64,000 bases of DNA from Candidatus Eiseniibacteriota bacterium. Lineage in GTDB: Bacteria; Eisenbacteria; RBG-16-71-46. The position numbers and the translations under genes were made by a program. The stretch is from positions 48,443 to 112,442 of the forward strand of contig JBBRLX010000011.1 in assembly GCA_038231135.1 (NCBI GenBank). Direction: 5' to 3'. The notes under the pieces were generated by a model, which made no database searches, had not been told where the DNA came from, and saw only the letters and a program-made list of their open reading frames with translations. Positions 1 to 9,400 of this stretch are shown here, piece by piece (positions within the stretch are counted from its first letter, which is position 1; every line of letters begins with the position of its first letter).

Positions 1-376
1 TGCCCAGCGCGGGCGTGTCGGCGAGCAGTTGCCGCCAGGCCCCGTGCGGCAGGCACGCCACCAGCGTGTCGCACGACCCGTCCTCGAGCAGACCCGCGAC
101 CTGACCGGGCGCGTACACGTTCGGCAGCGAGTGCTGCCGTGGGTCGAGCCCCGGGAGCAGCTCGGCCGCGGGGCGGCCGGCGTGCTCGCGCGAGCACAGC
201 GCCACGATCTCGAGCCCGGGATGCGCGAGCGCGAGCCGCGTGAACTCCTGGCCGGAATAACCGCTCGCCCCGAGGACGGCGATTTTCGCCTGGCGGGGCG
301 CGGCGCCGGGTGCCGGGGTTTCGGCCGGCTCGGGCCGGGCGGCGGGCGTCGCGATCGATGGAACCGTGGCCGTCAC
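1..376 (-). CDS. argC: N-acetyl-gamma-glutamyl-phosphate reductase, 5' part (runs off the window start)
   Basis: Not in the ORF track. Manual translation from GTG at 376, which overlaps the argR stop (GTGA), gives ...AKIAVLGASGYSGQEFTRLALAHPGLEI...DTLVACLPHG, i.e. the ArgC N-terminal motifs. Confidence 0.9.
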   Translation of the reverse strand, partial: MTATVPSIATPAARPEPAETPAPGAAPRQAKIAVLGASGYSGQEFTRLALAHPGLEIVALCSREHAGRPAAELLPGLDPRQHSLPNVYAPGQVAGLLEDGSCDTLVACLPHGAWRQLLADTPALG

Positions 377-900
377 TTGGCGAATCCTCCCATGGCACTG
401 CGTGCACCCGTGGCGGCCCGGCCGCCCGTGGCCGACTCGCCGGCCGGCGCCGCGATGGCGTCCAGCCGCTTCCGCAAGCGGCGCGCGAGCGCCGCGTCCT
501 CCATGATCACGAGCACGGTGTCGTCGCCCGCGACCGAACCCACGATGCCGTCGAAGCCCGCGAGATCGATGGCCCGCGCCACCCCGTTCGCATGGCCGGG
601 AGGCGTGCGCACCACCATCAGGTTCTGGGCGATCCGCACTTCGTTCACGAACGTCTTGAGATCCAGCAGCCGGCGCTCGCGGTCGAGCGTCTCGACCGCC
701 GGCCCCGGCAGCTCGTACAGCGCGCCCCCGTCGGCGTCGGGGCGCTTCACCACGCCCAGGCTGCGCAGGTCCCGCGACAGCGTCGCCTGCGTCACGTCGA
801 CGCCCGAGCGGCCCAGCGCCCGGACCAGCTCGTCCTGGCTCGAGTACCGCCGGCCCGCCAGCAACTGGGCCAGCAGTGCCAGCCGGCGTGAGCGGTTCAT
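373..900 (-). CDS. argR: Arginine repressor
   Basis: SQDELV, VTQATLSRDL, RTPPGHA and GSVAGDDT motifs. ATG at 900 follows a GAGGTG RBS. Confidence 0.95.
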   Translation of the reverse strand: MNRSRRLALLAQLLAGRRYSSQDELVRALGRSGVDVTQATLSRDLRSLGVVKRPDADGGALYELPGPAVETLDRERRLLDLKTFVNEVRIAQNLMVVRTPPGHANGVARAIDLAGFDGIVGSVAGDDTVLVIMEDAALARRLRKRLDAIAAPAGESATGGRAATGARSAMGGFAK

Positions 901-951
901 GAACACCTCATGGCGACGTCTCCGGTGCCCGGAACTTCCGGGAGAAACTCA

Positions 952-989
952 GATGAATAAATATACAATCAGATGCATGAAAGTACGAC
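952..989. promoter_or_regulatory. Tandem ARG boxes upstream of argR-argC
   Basis: An AT-rich island. GATGAATAAATATACAAT matches the TGAATAAnnATnCA ARG-box pattern and is followed by a weaker copy, GATGCATGAAAGTAC. Confidence 0.7.
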
Positions 990-1088
990 TTGAGGGCGGA
1001 TTCGTCAACGGGGATCTGGCGTCGGGCACGGAGTCACGCGGGGCCGGCGCGGAGCGCGGGGGCGCGAATGGGGACGCCGGGGCGGGCT

Positions 1089-1212
1089 GGGGCCCGGGGC
1101 CAACGCGAACAGGCGGACGCAGGGCCGTCTCGGGGCCGCGGGGTCAACGCGAACAGGCGAACGCCAGGCCGTCGCGGGGGCCACCGGGACCAACGCGAGA
1201 GGGGCGGACGCT
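1089..1212. repeat. Three degenerate ~44-45 bp tandem repeats
   Basis: The core GGG(C/T/A)CAACGCGAACAGGCG(G/A)ACGC recurs near 1097, 1141 and 1186. The third copy runs into the hairpin. Confidence 0.7.
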
Positions 1213-1230
1213 GTTGAGCGTCCGCCCCTC
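1199..1230 (-). terminator. Hairpin, probable terminator downstream of the secreted propeller gene
   Basis: 14-bp perfect stem GAGGGGCGGACGCT-gttg-AGCGTCCGCCCCTC. The U-tract is weak. Confidence 0.6.
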
Positions 1231-1283
1231 AGGGGTTCACCGGGGGCTGGCGATCCTGCCGGCCCCCTGGAGCTGGGGTCAGG

Positions 1284-3998
1284 TCAGCGGACCACGCTCA
1301 CGCGGGTGGTCTGCACCACGCCGCCCTGATCGAGCCGCACCACGTACATGCCGGCCGGCAGCGTGAGGCCGCTCGCCAGCTCGAGCAGGTGCTTGCCGGT
1401 GCCGAGCGATCCCACCTCGCGCACGCGAATCCTGCGCCCGGTGATGTCGACCAGCGACAGCGTGGCCGGCGTGGCGCGGGGCAGCGTGAACGACACCCAG
1501 ACCTCGCGGGTGGTGGGGTTCGGACGCACGCTCTCGATGCGGACCTTGTCGATCGACGGCACGATGACCGACACCTCGCCCATGTAGAGCTCCATGCCGC
1601 CGGTCTGCACCCCCAGCCGGTACGAATACTTGACGCCCGGATAGACGTCGTTGTCCACATACGTCATCCGGTGCTGGCCGTCGGCGTCGATCACGCCCTT
1701 CAGCACCCAGTCCGCGCCGTCGAGGCGGTAGACGTAGGCCTCGGTGATCTGATCCGAAGCCGCATACCACGTGACCCGCACCTGCTTCGCGTCGGCGTCG
1801 GCGTTCGCGAGCGATACCAGCGTCGGCGTGCTGGTGAGCGGCACCGCCAGCGCGAAGATGTCAGCGTTGCCGTTGCGGCCGTCGCTCCAGGCGTTGAATA
1901 GCGTGAGATCGTTCGCGAACAGTCCCAGGTAGTCACCCTGGTTGGGCTGGATGTTCGTGAACGTCCGGCTCCAGGAGGTGATGGTATCGGTCACCCGTCC
2001 CACGTCGTGCCAGGTCAGCCCGCCGTCGTCCGAGCGGTCGAGATAGTTGTGCGATTCGCCGCCGCACGTGGGGGGGAACGCGTCCTGGAACCCGTAGAAG
2101 AATGTATAGACGGTGCCGTTCCCCGAGACCGCGACTTCCGGCAGCCAGTTGTCGAACCACGGGGCGTCGCTGTTCGTGCGCACGCCGCCGTGGGCCGCGG
2201 GCCACGTGAGACCGTCGTCGGACGCCACCACGACCACGTCGCGCTGGTCGCGGCCGGGCTCGGTGAGGTGCGTGTTCACGCCGGTGAGGATGCTGTAGTA
2301 GCTCGACGTGCTGTTGCCGGGGATGTCGCTGAACATGCGGATGAAATAGGTGCCCGAGACCGGGCAGGTCCACGTCAGGAAGCCGTTCGTGCCCTGGATC
2401 GGCAGATCGATGGCGCCCGTGAGGTTGAGCCGCGTGGTGTCGTCGGAGCAGATCACGCGCATGGTGTAGAGCGACGCCGGGATCGAGTCGCACCAGAACG
2501 TGTAGGTGGTGCCCTGCGTTGCGGGGAATTTCCAGTAGTCGAGTTCGCCGTGCCCGGGCGAGGGAGTGGGCGTCCACGTGAGCTGGCCCACCAGCGTCTG
2601 GCCGGGGGTGAACGGCGTGGCGTTGAGCGGCGAATTATTGGGCTCGGACTCGTTCACGGTGCCGAGGGCGCCGGCGGCGTCGAGGTCCCGGTACCAGTCC
2701 AGGCAGTCGTTCCACGCGATGTACACCCGCCCGCGATGCGGCCCAAAGCTGCGGTCGACGGCGATCGACGGGAACGTGATGCCGCGCTCGCGGTTGAACC
2801 CGGGAGCACCGGTGCCGAAGTTGTCGAAGATCGAGGCCGCGATCCGCGGCGCCGTGAACGTGCCGCCGAAATTCACGGACTTGCGGATCATGAAGTAGTC
2901 GGAGCCGTCGCCGGACGAAGGCCCGATCTCCTTCCATACGACGTACACCTCGCCACCGGGGCCGGTGATCGGCCGCGACCCCTGCACTCGGCCCGCGCCC
3001 GACCCATCGTTCATGACGACCGGAGCGGCGTAGGTGTGCCAGTCGGTCGTGCTGTGTTGGAACGCGATGTTGTCGCTGGAGGCGGTGAATACCGTGTAGG
3101 AGACGTACACCTTGCCGGTCGACGAATCGACGGCCGCCCACGGCTTGTCGATGAAACTCGTGTTCGACACGCTGGAGATCACCTGCGCCTGATCCCACTG
3201 GATCGTGGTGCCGTTGAAGTGGGCGCGCGCGATCGCCAGGCCGTTCGTCGTGTGGGCGGAGTTCTCGATCAGGCCCACGAAATAGAACTCGCCGGTCTTC
3301 TCGTTCACCGTGAACACCGGGTCCGAGGTCCAGCGGATCGTGGCCGCATGCGGCACCGGGCCGGCATGCGTGAACGACAACCCGCCGTCGATCGAATAGC
3401 CGTACCCCATCAGGTCCGAGTCGTCGCGGTAGCCGGCGCCTTCGTTCCATCCGATGAGCACGAACTGGTTCCACGCCGCGATCCCGGGCTCCGACTGCCC
3501 CGCCCCGTCCGCCCGGTCGCCGGTCGTGTCGCTGACGAGCACGTTGGGGCCGAGGTCGCTGGCGTTGGTCGAGAGCGGCTGTGCCCGGTCCGCCGCCGGC
3601 ATTGCCGGGGGCCGGCCGCCGCCGAGCTCGGGAAGCAGCACGGGCCGCTGGCGCTCGCCGCGGTCGGGATGAGCGGCGGGCCTGCGGCCGTGGCGGCGCG
3701 CCGCGAGCGCGCGCGCGCGGTGCTCGCGCAGTTCCGCATAGCCGTCGGCCAGCGCCATCCGGAGCTGGAGCTGCTTCACCTTCGCGAGACGCGCGGCGCC
3801 CGTTGCCAGGGGTGCGGACGCGGTTACGGTCGCGTCGTTCGAATGGTCCGTGGTCGCGTACGACTTAGCCGGAGCGGCGATAAATCCCAGCACGAGCCCC
3901 GCGGCCAGCCAGGCGATGGGTGCGATCGGGTGCAGACGGTTCGGCGACATCGGGCGCGTCCTTTTGTAGGCGGCTTTTGGAACAACCCAAGACTTCAT
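1284..3998 (-). CDS. Secreted sialidase-like (BNR/Asp-box) beta-propeller protein with an inserted PPC-like domain and a C-terminal T9SS-type-A/FlgD-like sorting domain
   Basis: Signal peptide (WLAAGLVLGFIAAPAKSYA); Asp-boxes SIDGGLSF, SVNFGGTF, SDDGLTW, SDDGGLTW; ESEPNNS...DYWKF PPC-like insert; C-terminal RPNP...LVDITGRRI...LPAGMYVVRL. Start is 3998 (ATGA overlap) or 3950. Confidence 0.75.
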   Translation of the reverse strand: MKSWVVPKAAYKRTRPMSPNRLHPIAPIAWLAAGLVLGFIAAPAKSYATTDHSNDATVTASAPLATGAARLAKVKQLQLRMALADGYAELREHRARALAARRHGRRPAAHPDRGERQRPVLLPELGGGRPPAMPAADRAQPLSTNASDLGPNVLVSDTTGDRADGAGQSEPGIAAWNQFVLIGWNEGAGYRDDSDLMGYGYSIDGGLSFTHAGPVPHAATIRWTSDPVFTVNEKTGEFYFVGLIENSAHTTNGLAIARAHFNGTTIQWDQAQVISSVSNTSFIDKPWAAVDSSTGKVYVSYTVFTASSDNIAFQHSTTDWHTYAAPVVMNDGSGAGRVQGSRPITGPGGEVYVVWKEIGPSSGDGSDYFMIRKSVNFGGTFTAPRIAASIFDNFGTGAPGFNRERGITFPSIAVDRSFGPHRGRVYIAWNDCLDWYRDLDAAGALGTVNESEPNNSPLNATPFTPGQTLVGQLTWTPTPSPGHGELDYWKFPATQGTTYTFWCDSIPASLYTMRVICSDDTTRLNLTGAIDLPIQGTNGFLTWTCPVSGTYFIRMFSDIPGNSTSSYYSILTGVNTHLTEPGRDQRDVVVVASDDGLTWPAAHGGVRTNSDAPWFDNWLPEVAVSGNGTVYTFFYGFQDAFPPTCGGESHNYLDRSDDGGLTWHDVGRVTDTITSWSRTFTNIQPNQGDYLGLFANDLTLFNAWSDGRNGNADIFALAVPLTSTPTLVSLANADADAKQVRVTWYAASDQITEAYVYRLDGADWVLKGVIDADGQHRMTYVDNDVYPGVKYSYRLGVQTGGMELYMGEVSVIVPSIDKVRIESVRPNPTTREVWVSFTLPRATPATLSLVDITGRRIRVREVGSLGTGKHLLELASGLTLPAGMYVVRLDQGGVVQTTRVSVVR

Positions 3999-4843
3999 GA
4001 CGGCGTGGGGGAGGAACCGGCGAGGGTGGTGCCGAATTCCATGAAGAAATGCGACACCAGGCTGGGCCAGAGCGAGCCCCCGGAGAGCTCGCGCATCAGT
4101 CCCCACCACAGACCTAACGGCAGGACCACGCCAAAAATGTAGACCATCCACTCCACGGATCCCAACCCCACCCCCGCGGGGGCCCGGATCGCCCGGATCG
4201 CGGTGAACGCCAGCGCCGGCCCCGCGACCCGCCCCCAGCGCTGCGTACGGCCGCCCAGCGAGCTCTGGAGGTAGCCCCGGAACAGCAGCTCCTCGGGCAG
4301 CGCCGACGCCACCAGCGCGAACAGCAGCGAGAATACCAGGCTGTCGGGGGTGGCGATCACCCGGCCGGTGAACAGCGCCCGGTAGGAGTCGAACGCGACC
4401 ACGACCACGGCGCCGATGCCCATGATCACCGCGAGCGGCAGCCGGGCGGTGTTGCCACCGTGGAGGCCATAGTCGTGGAGCGGGTGGCCCTCGGCCAGCA
4501 CCATCACCCACACGAACAGGCCGAGCGTGACGAAGATCACGTCGCCCAGCGCCAGCAGCCACGGGCTATGCTCCTGCCCCGACAACGCCGGCGCGATCAG
4601 CCGCACGAAGCACGCGCTGACGAGTCCGTACACGAGCGCGTAGGACAGTGCACGGCGGGTGCCGGCCGCCGAAGCCATCGGCGGGCGCGGGCCGCGGCGC
4701 ACGGTCAGCGCGGCGAGTCCGATCACCAGCAGCACGAAGCCGCCGACGAGCAGCCCGAGCATCGGCTGGGTGTGGGGCGCGGGGGCGACGGAGACGGCCG
4801 GCACCATGAGGGACAGGTGGGTCAGCTGGCCGTGCAGGTCCAA
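3995..4843 (-). CDS. CPBP/CAAX (Abi) family intramembrane glutamic endopeptidase
   Basis: Multiple TM segments, EExxFRG motif (PEELLFRGYL) and C-terminal SLWPSLVSHF. Confidence 0.85.
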   Translation of the reverse strand: MDLHGQLTHLSLMVPAVSVAPAPHTQPMLGLLVGGFVLLVIGLAALTVRRGPRPPMASAAGTRRALSYALVYGLVSACFVRLIAPALSGQEHSPWLLALGDVIFVTLGLFVWVMVLAEGHPLHDYGLHGGNTARLPLAVIMGIGAVVVVAFDSYRALFTGRVIATPDSLVFSLLFALVASALPEELLFRGYLQSSLGGRTQRWGRVAGPALAFTAIRAIRAPAGVGLGSVEWMVYIFGVVLPLGLWWGLMRELSGGSLWPSLVSHFFMEFGTTLAGSSPTPS

Positions 4844-5077
4844 TCAGCCCTCCATGGAGACCGGTGGCCCGGCGGTGCCGGGCTCGCCGGCGTGCGGCGC
4901 GAGGCGGAGCCCCGGGAGTCGGGGCCGGATCGTGGCGATACTAAGGGTCGCATGGGGAACGGTCTAGACAAAGCCCGTCGCCACGGGACGATGCACGTCC
5001 CGTCCCGTTCGCGTGCGGTGGCCGCATCGCGCCTCGAGCGGCTCGGTCGCATCGGTTCCGGGTCACGGCCGGCCCAT

Positions 5078-6427
5078 TCAGGGGGTTTGCGGGACCTTGT
5101 GGCTCGCGGGCTTCGCGGGCACGCCCTTGCCGGCGGGCCGGGTGCTCGACGCGGTGGCCGGGCCCCGAACATGGCCGGTGGCGGCCGGCTTCGCGTGCAG
5201 CCGCCGCGGCCCCACCGCCTGCAACGACGTCCGGACTCCCGACCGGCGCAGGCCGGGCTTCGCCGGATGCCGGACGGGCACCGGGACCGGTCGGTCGGCT
5301 TCGAGCTGGATGTCGCCCTCCTGGTGCGTGGCCTTGATGTCGCGGCCGTCGGGGTCGACGAACACCATCTCGACGCGGCGGTTGAGCGCGAAGCCGCGCT
5401 TCGAGTCCTCGACGGCGACGAGGTCGTCCTTGCCCTTGTACGAGATGCCGAGCCGCGTGGAATCGATGCCGAGCGCCACGAACACGTCGCGCACCGCGGT
5501 CACCCGGCGGCGCGACAGGTCGAGGTTGTAGGCCGCGTTGCCGCGCGAGTCGGTATGGCCTTCGAGGCGGGCCGTAATGGACGGGTACTTGTCGAGCAGT
5601 GCCGCGATGCCGTCGATCACCTGCAGCGACACCGGCGTGACCTCCGCCATGCGCAGCGCGAAGTGGACGTTGCGCGGGATCCTGAGCTCCTCGACCGTCG
5701 GGATCGCCATGTGCGGAACGGGCACGGGCTCGGACACGGCGATCGGAATCGGCACGGGCTCGGTGCGCCGCACCGCGAGCAGCGGCGGACCGCAGGTCTC
5801 GACGAGCCGGCTCGCCGCGTGGGCGAGCTCGCGGGCCCGGGCCAGATGGGGTGAGCTCTTGCAGTCGCCCAGGTCGAGCTGCTCATTGCCGGCCCACGCG
5901 AGCTCGGTCTCGAGTTGCGCGAGCTGGTCGGCGGCGCACAGGAAGCCGGGGTCGCGTTTCATGCGCTCCAGCTCCACGTACAGCGAGTCGTCCACGCGCA
6001 GCGAGCCCCGGGGGGGCGCCGCGCTCGGAACCGTTTCGAAGCTGACGGGACTCGCGCCCGACGCGATCTGACCGACCAGTGAGACCGCGCGCGTGAACGC
6101 CGCCTGCGGGAAGCCCGTAGCGTCACCGTCCTGGTACTCGGCGCGCGCCACGTTCAGCCACGCGCGGGCGGCGGCGGCGCGCCATAGATCCGTGGTGGCG
6201 CCGGGCAGCGAATCGAGCCGCGCCTGCCACGCGTCCATGGCCGCGAGATCCCCGGTCACCGCCTCGTCGCTGGTCTGCGCGGCGAGCGAGTGCAGCGCCC
6301 GCGGCAACTCACTCGCCGTGGCGGTTCCGGCGCCTCCGGACGCGCACGCCCACAGGACGGCGATCAGCCACGCCGGCCGGAGACGCGCGAACGACAGGCG
6401 ATTGCCGGGCTGCGGGGTACGATTCAT
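5078..6427 (-). CDS. OmpA-family peptidoglycan-binding protein with signal peptide and helical N-domain
   Basis: NVHFA...LEGHTDSRGNAAYNLDLSRRR...ALNRRVE OmpA_C motifs. ATG at 6427 overlaps the stop of the giant gene (TGATG). Confidence 0.9.
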   Translation of the reverse strand: MNRTPQPGNRLSFARLRPAWLIAVLWACASGGAGTATASELPRALHSLAAQTSDEAVTGDLAAMDAWQARLDSLPGATTDLWRAAAARAWLNVARAEYQDGDATGFPQAAFTRAVSLVGQIASGASPVSFETVPSAAPPRGSLRVDDSLYVELERMKRDPGFLCAADQLAQLETELAWAGNEQLDLGDCKSSPHLARARELAHAASRLVETCGPPLLAVRRTEPVPIPIAVSEPVPVPHMAIPTVEELRIPRNVHFALRMAEVTPVSLQVIDGIAALLDKYPSITARLEGHTDSRGNAAYNLDLSRRRVTAVRDVFVALGIDSTRLGISYKGKDDLVAVEDSKRGFALNRRVEMVFVDPDGRDIKATHQEGDIQLEADRPVPVPVRHPAKPGLRRSGVRTSLQAVGPRRLHAKPAATGHVRGPATASSTRPAGKGVPAKPASHKVPQTP

Positions 6428-9400
6428 CACCGGGCTCCTTGCGGCGGCGTGCGATCGAACAGGGTCTCGTCCACCTTGAACCCGAGGTTGAGATAGGGAC
6501 CCCGGTCGGTGTGCTCGGTGCCCGACAGGTCGTTGTCGTGGAAGCCGAACGCGTTCCAGCCCGCGGCAAGCCGCAGGTTCTTCATCATGATCCACCCGGC
6601 TTCGGCGCCGAGTCCCATGGTCCTCGAACCCGACGCCAGGCCGCGCGCGTTCAGGCCCAAGTCGAAGCTCCGGCCGAGATCCACCATCAGGCGGCCGGCG
6701 CCGAGTTGTGCCGCCGTGCTGCTCCCGAGCCCGTTGCCATCGTCGTGCGCCCACTTGGCCGCGACCTGACCCGACACGGTCCAGATCCCGAACTGATGCG
6801 TGTTCGCGTTCATCGACACGATGTTCGCCACCCGCCGGGAGTATTCCGGCGCCCCGAGTTTCTGGAGCTTGTTCTCGTAGCGCGCGAGTCCGTTCCACGC
6901 GTTGCGATCGGTCTGGCGCCACGCGACGCCGATCTGGCTGCGGGCGTCGATGCTCTGCTGGTCCGGCACCAGCATCCACAGCGTGCGGCCCAGCGCCGAC
7001 CAGTCGCGGTTCAGCTTGCGCGTGAACCCGGCGCTGGCGAGCCAGCGCTCGAGCGTGGATTCGCGGCGGAACTCCAGCCGGCCGGTCGCGTGCGTCGAAG
7101 GATCGCGGGCGTATTCGACGCCGCCGGCCACGGACGTCGCCGCGCCGAGCCCGCCACGCAGGATCGTCACACGCTCGAACGCCGCGTCCACCCGGATGCC
7201 GCGCGCCACCGTCCAGCGATCGCGCAGGCCGATCGCGGCCTGGGCCTCGCGGCCGGCGAACGCGTCGCGCATGCGGTATTCGCTGAACACGTGGCGGTCG
7301 CCGGCGTCGTCGTCGGTGACGCCGATGACGGTGCTCGCCAGCTGCTGATCGGTATTGAGCGCGAACGGTCCCGCGAACGACGCGATGTTCTCGTGCCGCG
7401 CATAGAGCCGGATGTGCGGGATCACCCGGGCGTCGCCGCCGAACGCGTAGCGGCGCTGCAGCGTCTGGTCCAGGTCCTGCTCGAATTCGCCGAACACGGT
7501 GACCCGGCGCCGCGCGAGCAGCGCGGCCTCGAGCCGGCCGCGCACGCTCGACGTCTTGAGCGGCCCGAGGCCCTGCGTCGCGGGGGTGGCACCCAGCGAA
7601 TCCTCCTTCGCCCAGCGGTACGCGACCTCGGCAGTGATGCGATCCGCGATGCCCTGGCGCAGTCCGGCTTCGAAGCCGTCGCGGCGGGCACTCGTCACCA
7701 GGTCCTCGGAGCGCAGCGCCGTGAGGAACACCGAGGTGCTGCGATCGCTGCCGGCGCGCGCCGTGAGGCCCAGCTCCTGGCGGCCGGGGTAGGCGCCGGA
7801 CGACGGGTTCTCGAACCCGGTGCTCACCCGGAGGCCGTGGGCGCGGGCGTGCAGCCACGAGCGGTCGAGCACCAGCTCGGCGCGCGCGGCTTCGCCGCTG
7901 CGATCGCCGCCGCCGATGCCGGTGCCGCCGCTGTCGCTGCGCGCGAACTCGCCCGTCAGCTGCAGGCCCGTGGCCAGCTCGAACGACGCGTCCGCGCTCG
8001 CGAGCGCACGCGGCGCCAGCGGATCCTCGTCACGCGACGCCGATGCGCCGACCGACAGGCGGCGGGTGGCGCGGACGCGCGCCTCGGCGCCATAGACCCA
8101 GAACTTGTCGGTGCCCGTTTCGACTTCGTAGGTGGCGCGGATCGACACCGGATTGAGATCGGCGTCGAGGCTCGGCACCGGGCGGCGGAACAGCAGCCGG
8201 CCGGTGAACGGCTCGAGCGTGTAGTCGACGTAGCGGAGCTGCGGCTCGCTGTGCAGGATCCGCGCCGGCTGATTGCGGTCGCGGGTCAGAAGCTCCACGG
8301 TTTCGCTGCCGAGCGTGCCGTCGTTGCGCGTCAGCACGTAGGGACCCGACACGCCCTGGCCCGGGAACTCGTCCACGACCTGGTGCTGGCGGCCCTCGGC
8401 GGCGAAGCCCTGGACCGCGAGCGGTCCGGCCACGGCCTGCGCGATGCCGCCGTTGAGCGACCGGGTGAACGCGCCGAGCAGCCGGCCCGGCGACGACGGC
8501 GTCGTGAAGTCGCCGTACATGCCGAACGACGCGCCGCGATCGATGCGGAGGTAGAGCGGCGTCGTGGACTGGGCCTCCCAGCCGTGCACCGAAGCGTCGC
8601 CGAGCGCGTCGTAGCCGCGATCGGGGTCGAGATCGCGGAACAGCCGGCGTCCCGGCCGCTGCTCGCTGTCGTAGCGCAGCGTGAACTGCGCGTCGCCGCC
8701 GAGCGAGCCGGTCGCGAACAGGGCGCCGCGGGCGGTGCCGGTCTGACGGCCGTCGGTCGATTCGTAGGACAGCGCGGTGATGGGATCACCGAAGCCGTCG
8801 CGGCCGCCATACACGGACGTGCCGGACGTCGAATGCAGCGCGATGCCGGCGTCGATGACTCCCAGCACCAGCAGCGAACGCCCGCGCGGGCGGTCCGCCG
8901 TCGCCGCGCCGCCGTGGCCGAGGCCGGGGTCGGCGGGATCGCGCAGCTCGCCGCGGGCGCGGCGCGCCAGCACGGCGTTGTGCACCGCGTCCGAATGCGA
9001 CGCCTCGACGAAGTCCGCCCGGTGCAGCTCGCCCTTCACGACGTCCGCGAACTGGCTGAGGCCGTCGTGCGCGTGCCGCACGCTGGACGCGATCATGCGC
9101 GACCCCAGCGGCAGCGTGGACGCATCGATGCGCACCACGTGCAGCCGCGGCCGCACGTGGTTGAACGAATACTTGCCCTCGACGTCGGTGATCGCGAACG
9201 AGCCGTCCTCGAGGTACACGCGCACGCCCGGGATGCCCGGCTCCTCCGGACCCTGCACGCGATTCGAATCGCAGTCGCACTCGGTGTAGATCTTGCCCGC
9301 GATGATGCCCTCGTCGTCGAACACGCCGCCCTGCACCTCGATGCGGGCCGCCGCGGTGTTCGAGGTGGCGACGATGCCGGCTCCGCCCGAGCCCGAGGCC

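Noticed and set aside
1089..1212. ~44-bp periodic repeats as a mini-CRISPR
   Set aside because: The 'spacers' resemble each other, the repeats are degenerate, and there are no cas genes.
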